Part shown: positions 53,130 through 64,000 of the stretch, piece by piece
Numbering within the stretch: position 1 is the stretch's first letter
Layout of the letters: every line of letters starts with the position of its first letter
Source: the human T2T-CHM13v2.0 reference genome, Homo sapiens
Length of the DNA stretch: 64,000 nt
Reading direction: 5' to 3' (one strand)
Assembly: GCF_009914755.1 (NCBI RefSeq)
Contig: NC_060944.1
Program-made: the position numbers and the translations under genes
Notes under the pieces: model-generated
Told to the model about the DNA's origin: nothing
What the model saw: only the letters and a program-made list of their open reading frames with translations
The model's database searches: none

Positions 53130-53478
53130 TGCTCATTGTATTTTTTTAAAAAACATTTTAAGTCTACTGTACATACAGAAATATGAACAAATAATTGTAT
53201 AGCTTGATGACGTTTCTCAAATTAAACTCACCTCTGCACCTGGATCCAGGAAGAGAACATCCCCAGACAGTCTCTCACACCGTCCCCCATGAAGGTGGCT
53301 ACTCTCCTGATTCTAACGCAAGGATTCCTGTGACCAGCTTTTGTCCTTTGCCCAGATAGAACTACACGGTGTGTTCTCGTCAGTGTCTGGCTTTTTCGCT
53401 CCCTATCAGGAGTGTAAGATTTACCCACATTTTTGTGTGCATGGATTATAATTATGGCAGTGCAATCTCTTATCATAA
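53130..53478 (-). mobile_element. Old L1 3' fragment
   Basis: 'tatagcttgatga...gaacatcccca' and 'gtctggcttttt'. Confidence 0.55.
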
Positions 53479-53481
53479 CAA

Positions 53482-53922
53482 TTAGTTTGTGTTCTCCCAG
53501 AAGAGACCCTGAGCAAGGATCCTAGTGTAAGCAGTTTATTGGGCGACGAAGAAAACCCTGGCAAATGAGGTGAATTAGGAAGAGAGACAAGGAAAGGTAG
53601 GTGGCCAATAATAGGTGTGTTATACAGCAAATTACCACTGTGGGCACCTGGAGCTCAATCCCGCCGGTACCTCTGGGAGACGGTGTGGAGATGCCTCGGA
53701 GGGATGCAGGAGCTGTGTATTCACATCCAAGCTCCATACAGTCACTGGCTGATGGGCAAAGACTGTCTGTGTTAATGCCCTGGAACTCCCAGCCAGCTGC
53801 AGGGAGAGGCACAGGGGCTCTGGTGTTCGAGAAAGCTCTTGGAGGAAGAACAGCAGTGAAGGCAGTGGGAACTCAGGGAAGAGGGAGAGGGAAAGGAATC
53901 TGGGCAGTCAGAATCTGCTACA
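53482..53922 (-). mobile_element. LTR16-like ERVL solo LTR
   Basis: 'gttctcccagaagagaccctgagcaaggat...aagcagtttattggg' to 'tctgctaca'. Confidence 0.75.
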
Positions 53923-54330
53923 GACTCCGTGGATCAGGGTTTTACGTGACGCTTCTGTACTCAGCAAAGAACATTCTGGACCAGGTACTTGCTTTTCCTG
54001 TGAGAACTTTTGCTGTGTTCACCCATCCCACGTCCTTTCATTCTCTTCCCACTTTTCCTTTTGCAAAGCTACACTTTGCTCAGATGCAGACAGCCGTAGT
54101 GGGTCTGTCAAACGCAGCCTAGGGTGGGTCTTGACCTAAGCTAGGCCAGCCAAAACCTGTCCTTCGGGGCAGGAAAGGGCTGGGACTGCCTTCTCCTGGG
54201 GTGGTGCCTCCATCAGTTCTCGCTGTCTGGTTTCCTGGGATTGCCCGGCTTCTTCTTGTCACTTGCTAGTGAAAGTTTTCCTCAAGGTTCTGTGAACTGC
54301 CCCATATTCTAATAAATTCCTCTTTTTGAC

Positions 54331-55859
54331 TGTCTAAGTCCAGGCCCTCCAAGCAGCAGATGCCAAGGTGGAATTAGATTTCTAAGGGATTTATTGGAGA
54401 AATTGTGGAGGGCACCAGAGGAGGCTGGCAGACCCTTCAGCCAACATGCAGGTCTGACCCTGTGGAGGAGCGAGGGAAGGAAGGAAGGAAAGAAGGAAGG
54501 GAGGGAGGGGGGGCGGGAGGAAGGAAGGAAGGAAGGGGAGGAGGGGGAAGGGAGGGAGGGAGGAAGGAGGGCACCAGAGGAGGCTGGCCGACCCTTCAGC
54601 CAACATGCAGGTCTGACCCTGTGGAGGAGCGAGGGAAGGAAGGAAGGAAGGGAGGGAGCGGGGAGGGAGGGAAAGAGGGAGGGAAGGAGGGGAGAGGGAG
54701 GGAGGGAGAGGAGGAGGAGGGAGCGAGGGAGGAAGAAGGGCACCAGAGGAGGCTGGCAGACCCTTCAGCCAACATGCAGGTCTGATCCCTGTGGAGGAGC
54801 AAAGGAAGGAAGGAAGGGAGGAAGGAATGGAGTGAGGAGGGAGGGAAGGAGGGAGGAGGGAGGGAGGGGAGGAGGGGGGAGGGAGGGAGGGGAGGAGGGG
54901 GAAGGGAGGGAGGGAGGAAGAAGGGCACCACAGGAGGCTGGCAGACCCTTCAGCCAACACGCAGGTCTGACCCCTGTGAAGGAGAAAGGGAGGGAGGGAG
55001 GGAAGGAAGGAAGGAAGGGAGAGAGGGAGGGAAGGAAGGAAGGAAGGGGAAGGAGAGGACAGGCAGGGAGGGAGGGAAGAAGGGGGGAGGGATGAAGGAA
55101 GGGAGGGGGAGGGAGGGAAGGAGAGAGGGAGGGAAGGAAGGGGAAGGAGAGGACAGGCAGGGAAGGAGGGAAGAAGGGGGAATGAGGAAGGAAGGGAGGG
55201 GGGAGGGAGGGAAGGAGGGAGAGGGGAGGGAGGAAAGGAGGGAGGGGAGGAGGGGGAAGGGAGGGAGGGAGGAAGAAAGGCACCAGAGAAGGCTGGCAGA
55301 CCCTTCAGCCAACATGCAGGTCTGACCCCTGCGGAGGAGCAGGGGAGGACGGGAGGGAGGGAAGGAAGGAAGAAAGGAAGGGAGGGAGGGAGAGAGGGAG
55401 GGAAGGAGGGAGGAAGGAAGGAAGGAAGGGGAAGGAGAGGACAGGCAGGGAGGGAGGGAAGAAGCAGGGAGAGAGGGAGTGAGGGAGGAAGGAAGGCACC
55501 AGAGGAGGCTGGCAGATCCTTCAGCCAACATGCAGGTCTGACCCTTGTGGAGGAGTGAGGGAAGGAAGGAAGGGAGGGAGGGAGGGAGGGAGGAAGATTT
55601 GATAGGAAAAGTTTTTGCAATGCAATTCTCAAAGAGTTTTGGCAAGTCCGAGGGGGGTGGGGGTGGTCCTTAAGCCAAAATTAGCTGGGTCTCAAAGAAT
55701 AAACCTGCCTTAATATCCCTGCTGCTTTTAGTCATTGGCTGGAAACAGTCCATGGAAGTATAGACTTTGGGCCTAAAGTCAGGGGCAGCACCTGGAGCCT
55801 TTGGTCAATTATGCTCGCTGCAGCAGGAAACCTGAGAGGCACATTTCACAGCTGTCACG
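54331..55859 (-). mobile_element. LTR16B-like ERVL LTR with an internal tandem expansion
   Basis: 'gcagatgccaaggtggaattag...gatttattgg' start and 'agtcattggctgg' after the array; 5-bp TSD ttg(a/c)c. Confidence 0.7.
54411..55596. repeat. Complex VNTR: six ~60-bp cores with variable GA-rich spacers
   Basis: Cores start at 54411, 54570, 54739, 54924, 55279 and 55495. Confidence 0.95.
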
Positions 55860-56167
55860 TTGCCTCAGTTAACAAGACAGCAGCCAAAGCTACACCAGCT
55901 GATACAGTTCCTTTTCCTCTATGGCTGTTTCTTTTTAATATATATATAAATTTAAATATAAATTGCCTTTCTCCTTGATTTATTTGGATAATTAATAGTA
56001 TATGACATCTACTTATCACACTCTGCATGCCACATTGAACCAATTACACTGTTAGAGTTTCATTTTGTTATCTGAAACTCTAGCCATATGTTTTGTTTTT
56101 AAAATGCAAATGCCCCTTAGTAGTGTTAAGTCTTAGTTGTTTACCCTCTCGTAAAACCAATGTTATC

Positions 56168-56258
56168 CAGCTGGCTCAATCCCACTTTCCAGCTGTTGGA
56201 CCTTAGGCAAGTCTGTGAACCTCTCTGAGCCTCAGTTTTCTCATCTGTAAATGAGACC
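56168..56258 (+). mobile_element. MIR core
   Basis: 'gaccttaggcaagt...aacctctctgagcctcagttttctcatctgtaaatg'. Confidence 0.8.
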
Positions 56259-56270
56259 CTGCTCATGGGG

Positions 56271-58897
<2,627 letters not shown>

Positions 58898-59356
58898 CCC
58901 AGTTCTTTGTTTTCTCTTCTGTTTTCTTTCCTTCCCATCTCTGCATCCTATAGCCTGCTCCTTACCAGAATTGCTTTCCTCCTGACACTGAGATTTATTA
59001 AAGCATGGGAATTTGTTGGGATTCAAAGAGAAAGGAAAATGGGAAAGGATATTTTAGTAGATGAGACACTGTTCTATTCACAAAGAGTTTACTGAGGCAA
59101 GGGCCTACTACAAAAAGCATTTTACAGGTTATCTCATTATGAACAAATGTTGAGTACTGTTATTAGATAAGCCAGTTCTCAGGCTGGGTAGGGGTCTGCA
59201 GAGAAGAACTTGAAACTAGTCCACTGGAGAGCAGTGGTGGAGTGGAGAGTGGACAGAGCCTTAGAAAATGTCCTGTATGTGGGCGCTCAGTCAATATGTG
59301 GTGACCAAGAAGAGGCAGGAGAAGGGTAAAGAAAACAGAGTCAGAGGACTCTGAAA

Positions 59357-59593
59357 GTGAACTGCTGAGTCACAGCGCTGTCTGCTTCTTGGATGGCGTT
59401 TATCCCACCTGGAGACAGAGGCTCCATATTAAGTGGTGAACTGCTGAGTCACAGCGCTGTCTGCTTCTTAGATGGCGTTTATCCCACCTGGAGACACAGG
59501 CTCCATATTAAGTGGTGAACTGTTGAGTCACAGTGCTGTCTGCTTCCTGGATGGCGTTTATCCCACCTGAAGACACAGGCTTCATATTAAGTG
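59357..59593. repeat. Tandem repeat, 3 x 79 bp
   Basis: Units start at 59357, 59436 and 59515 and are nearly identical. Confidence 0.96.
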
Positions 59594-59822
59594 GAACACC
59601 ACCCATTGCACCTTCCTAGCCTCCTCTCAGTGCCTGCTCCACTGAGCCTTGAGCGCCCACTTTCCACTTTGCACTTGTCATTCTTTGAAGTTAATGGACT
59701 TTGGCTAAGCCTGCCTGTCTCCCTCTCTGAGAAATCCAAATGCCCCCCAAAACATTTTCAAAAGCTGGAACATTTGCTTTTCAAAAGTTGTCACAAGGGA
59801 GTCCTTTTAAGAACCTCTGGGC

Positions 59823-60151
59823 GGCCAGGTGCGATGGTTCACACCTGTAATTCCAGCACTTCGGGAGGCCAAGGCGGGTGGATCATTTGAGGTCAGGAGT
59901 TAGAGACCAGCCTGGCCGAGGTGGTGAAACACCATCTCTACTAAAAATACAAAAAATTAGCCAGGCGTGGTGGCACGTGCCTGTAGTCCCAGCTACTTGG
60001 GAGGCTGAGGCAGGAGAATCACTTGAACCCAGTAGGCGGAGGTTCTAGTGAGCCAAGATGGCACCACTGCACTCCAGCCTGGGTGACAGTGAAACTCTGT
60101 CAAACACACATACACATACACACACGCACGCATGCACGCACAAACAAAAAA
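59823..60151 (+). mobile_element. AluS with CA-rich tail
   Basis: Full dimer. Confidence 0.95.
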
Positions 60152-60430
60152 ACCCTGAGCTATTAAAAGGGTTGGATTTGCAAGAATTTTGCTTACAGAG
60201 AAAAATTGCAGGAAGCTAGGTTGTATACAGGAAGGTCTACCTAACTAATCTGTGGAAGAAGTAGAAGTGGTATTTCATTGCTGATTTGTTTTTCTATGGC
60301 AGTGAGAGTGGCTTTACCTGGAGCTACCTGTCCTCTTCTGTCTAGTCCCTCTTGTGGCTAGTGACCAGCATTTACAAGAAAGCTCACCTGGATTGGGAGC
60401 CAAAGAGCCACGAGGAGCTGGAAGCAGGTT

Positions 60431-60823
60431 GTAGGAAACACAGCAGGGTCAGCAGTCTGCATCCCATGGGTGTGCCTGCCTCAGCACTGGAGGAATTTCA
60501 TGAAAGTCTCAGAGGACCTCCCTGTGCACACCCAGCAGGTTGTAAATGCCAGAGAATTAGGGCCCCAGCTCCCTGCTCCTCAGATGGGCTCATTCTGGGG
60601 ATAATGTCCCATGCTGCTTCCCAGAACATCCCCCCAGGACTGTGCCCACTGGTCCACAGTGAGGTGGCTTCATAACCATACCTTTTGTTGGCCAAGTTCT
60701 CGCCTCGGTCTCACTTCTTCACCCACCTCACTGTGTATCCCGCCTCCCCCTGCATATTCTCTACACGCCCAAATAAACCATTTGCACCCAAATCCTTGTA
60801 GCTAGAGAACACAAACCAAGACA
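60431..60823 (+). mobile_element. LTR16-like ERVL solo LTR
   Basis: Tail 'cccaaataaaccatttgcacccaaatccttg...aaaccaagaca'. Confidence 0.7.
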
Positions 60824-61149
60824 CACGCTAACACAGTCATGGGGACCTGCGTGAAGATTCAGTTCCGGGTCTGACACGCTGGGACGTGACAGGCGCAGGA
60901 AGGCAGTGTGGTGCAGTGAGGAGCACCAGGCACTGCAGGAGAGCCATGCCATGATCCCAGCTTTCCTGCTCTTGAGTGGTGTGGCCCCGACTATGTCCTT
61001 TACAATCCCCTGCTGGGATCTGAGCTCATTGACCATAGACATATAATGATGACAAAGGCCATGCTGGGGCTGGCTGGACACCTTTGCTGGTGTCCATCGC
61101 CATGTCTTACTGAGACAGGAATAGGAGAGGAGGCCTAGGATAGGCAGAG

Positions 61150-61698
61150 TCTGGGCAGGCATGAAAAACTGCTGAAGAGTTTGAGCAGGGGGAGGGGCGA
61201 TTGGATCCGAATATTGAAAAAATATCATGGACAATGGAGTAGATGGGTAGACGGGCCAGCAGGAAGAGGGGAGATGCGCTGGGAGACACCACACCGCCCA
61301 TCAAGGAGGCCTCACGGCGCTTAGACAAGGAAGTCTTGGGTAGTGAGGGAGAACAATGGGTAGGTCCAAGACACCCCGAAGCAGTCAAATCAACGAAAGT
61401 TCACGATGACTTGAACCTGGGGGTGGGCAGAGGGAGATTTCTATAAAAGATGACATCAAGTTTCTGTGCTACAACACATAAAGACCATTAGAAGAAATCA
61501 GGCTTGGAGAAGATGATCGTGAATTCCATTTTGTCATTTTGAATTTGAGATGCCTTTAAAACATTCCAATGGAGAATCAAATGCACTGCTGGTTCTACAG
61601 ATGTACAGAGCAAAGGAGGGGCCAGAGTAGACACACATTTTGCATTTGTTACTGTAGGATGGTAACTTGAGCTGAAGATGGGGAGGAGACTCCCCAAG
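61150..61698 (-). mobile_element. L2 fragment
   Basis: 'gaattccattttgtcattttgaatttgagatgcctt' is an antisense L2 motif. Confidence 0.7.
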
Positions 61699-61699
61699 T

Positions 61700-61875
61700 A
61701 GGTCTCTGGACTACCAGCAGCACAGCATTACCTGGAAAGTTGTTTGAGGTGCAGAATCTCTGGCCCCATCCTGTCCAAGACCTACTGAGTCAGAAACTCT
61801 GGGGATGAGGCCTGCAGACCCTGTTAACACACCCTTCAGGGCATTTGCATGCACAGGAAAGCTTGAAAATCACTG
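61700..61875 (+). mobile_element. MER5A
   Basis: 'gcagaatctctggcccca...agacctactgagtcagaaactctgggg'. Confidence 0.85.
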
Positions 61876-61952
61876 ACTGCAGGCAGCGAGTCTCAAACTT
61901 TGCTTCACACTAGAATTACCTGGGGAGCTTCTAAAATCCCAATGACAAAATC

Positions 61953-62122
61953 AGCTGGGTGTGGTGGCACATGCCTATAGTCCCAGCAACTTGGCAGGCT
62001 GAATTGCAGAGGATCTCATGAGCTCGAGGCTGCAGTGAGCCATGATCACACCACTGTACTCCAGCCTGGGTGACAGAGCAAGACTGTGTCTATAAATAAA
62101 TTAACATAAAAATAAAAATAAA
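61953..62122 (+). mobile_element. Alu right monomer (FRAM-like)
   Basis: Single arm with A-rich tail. Confidence 0.88.
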
Positions 62123-62450
<328 letters not shown>

Positions 62451-62679
62451 AAATTCCCAGTGCCCATCCAGTACCATTACGTCAAAATCTCTGGGGAGGG
62501 CAACCAACTCATCCCCATTTGTCCAGGTCTGCCTGGGACTTTCCTAGTTTTAGCACTGAAAGTCCCTCATCTCAGGACACCCCTCAGACCTGGATATTCT
62601 GGATCCAGCCATCAGAAGCTTTTAAAACTCCCCAGCGGGTTCCACCTGTGCAGTCCCGTTTGAGAAACTGTTCCTGGAG

Positions 62680-62850
62680 GGTTAGTTCATGCTGCCTGAA
62701 TGTAAGAGTTGACTGGGGAGCTTTAAAAAGATATTGAATTTCCCCGGATCCCTTCTTCAGAGATTCTGACTTGCCTGGCCTGGAGCGGGGCCCAAGTATA
62801 AGTAGATGATAACAGCCCTCAGGTGATTCTCATTACAGACAGGGTTAGAC
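62680..62850. mobile_element. MER5-family fragment
   Basis: 'ctggggagctttaaaa...cagagattctgactt...caggtgattct'. Confidence 0.6.
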
Positions 62851-63801
62851 CCTCGGACATAGGGAAAGAGCATCAAGTGGAAAGAAAAGTACCCACCAGA
62901 TTATGGCCATGAAGAGAAGGAGGAGACTTCTAAAGGGTGGAGAGGTGGCCGGAGAAGCAAGAGGAAAGCAGGGGCCTTGGCCCTCGGCAGCCGAGGGGAG
63001 ATACTGCTGGAAAGTCATAATCAAGGCTTGCAAAATGTGCATTGGATTGAGCTGTACCAACATAGGGCGCAGAAGATAGGAGGGCTGCAGTGTGAAGGGA
63101 AGGCAAGCAAACCAAGAGCCAGAGGCTGCTCTTTCTGAAAGCCACATGGCGAGGAGGGAAGAGGGATGAGGCTGTCCCTGGAGGAGTCGTCTTATGTCCA
63201 CTTTTTTTTTTTCCTGCTTCTTTTCCTTTTCTCTTTGCTTGTTTATTTTTCGACGGCCACGCATTTCTTGTATTTTCAGGGGAAGAAAAAGTGTTAAAAA
63301 TGACTCTCTTGATAAGCTCCAAACATTTAAAAGTTGGTGAATCTACCAAGGCAACTTCATTATTTCTGTTGAAGAGCAGAGAGCAGAGGAATAATTCCAA
63401 CTGATTGGCACACACGACTGGTCGTAAGTCACATGTTACTCAGAGCCAGAGCCAGGAGTGAAATCTAGCATCCTGGAGCCACACGGCTCTCCTGCACGCC
63501 TCGCCTCCTCCCCAAAGGAGCTCTGAGGTTTGGACTGCAGGAGGTGGCCACTGCTGATGTCATGCTTATTTCGGAAACCAACGGTGGCCTATCTTAGTGC
63601 CAGAGGGGAAGGCTCTGGGTTCATTTGGCTGGGTTGCATAGGCATTATTCCATTAGCAATCACATCACTGGGGCCCAGAGAGTTAGGTGCAGCTGATGAA
63701 GAATGAGTTGTCCTTAAGATCTGATTGCTGATCATTTGACAGTGTGCCGTGCTTACTCCATTAAACCTCTTTTTATCCCCCACATGTTCTTTGTTTGCTA
63801 G

Positions 63802-64000
<199 letters not shown>

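Larger units (their letters stand above)
53985..55906 (+). mobile_element. LTR33-like ERVL LTR split by the LTR16B-like element
   Basis: 'aataaattcctcttt' before 54331 and 'tgcctcagttaac...ctgataca' after 55859. Confidence 0.5.

Noticed and set aside
54411-55596. CRISPR-like repeat-spacer layout
   Set aside because: Primate DNA, an LTR-derived ~60-bp core, low-complexity spacers of very unequal length, and no cas genes.
54391-55645. Long ORFs (413, 233 and 231 aa) with repeated RPACWLKGLPASSGA or G/R/E-rich peptides
   Set aside because: They arise from stop-poor GA/CT low-complexity tandem sequence, are open in several frames on both strands, and show no splice or domain evidence.

Overview
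Primate genomic DNA, most likely human or another catarrhine (AluY and AluYd-type elements are present). It is intergenic or intronic and dominated by transposons. I find no credible protein-coding exon, structural RNA gene or CRISPR array. The ORF track is explained by Alu, LTR and low-complexity sequence, plus decayed ERV-L pol and MaLR ORF remnants. The window holds about 30 Alus, old L1/L2/MIR fragments, hAT and Tigger DNA-transposon fossils, and an unusually high LTR load: about 12 LTR16-like ERVL LTRs, a cluster of ERV1 solo LTRs at 36.6-46.8 kb, a two-LTR THE1D-like MaLR element, and an ERV-L provirus remnant (RNase H-integrase-dUTPase). The most notable structures are (i) a recently expanded array of six ~60-bp cores with variable purine-rich spacers inside an old LTR (54.4-55.6 kb), (ii) a 3x79-bp tandem that multiplies an ARE/AP-1 motif (59.4 kb), (iii) an Alu with an internal 44-bp fold-back inversion (5.0 kb), (iv) a consensus CTCF site in a CpG-retaining patch (51.8 kb), and (v) two four-layer nested insertions. 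Repeat subfamily names come from recalled consensus sequences and need RepeatMasker/Dfam confirmation. Boundaries of old elements are approximate. I cannot support a claim of a new biological system; the findings are candidate regulatory or mutational oddities.
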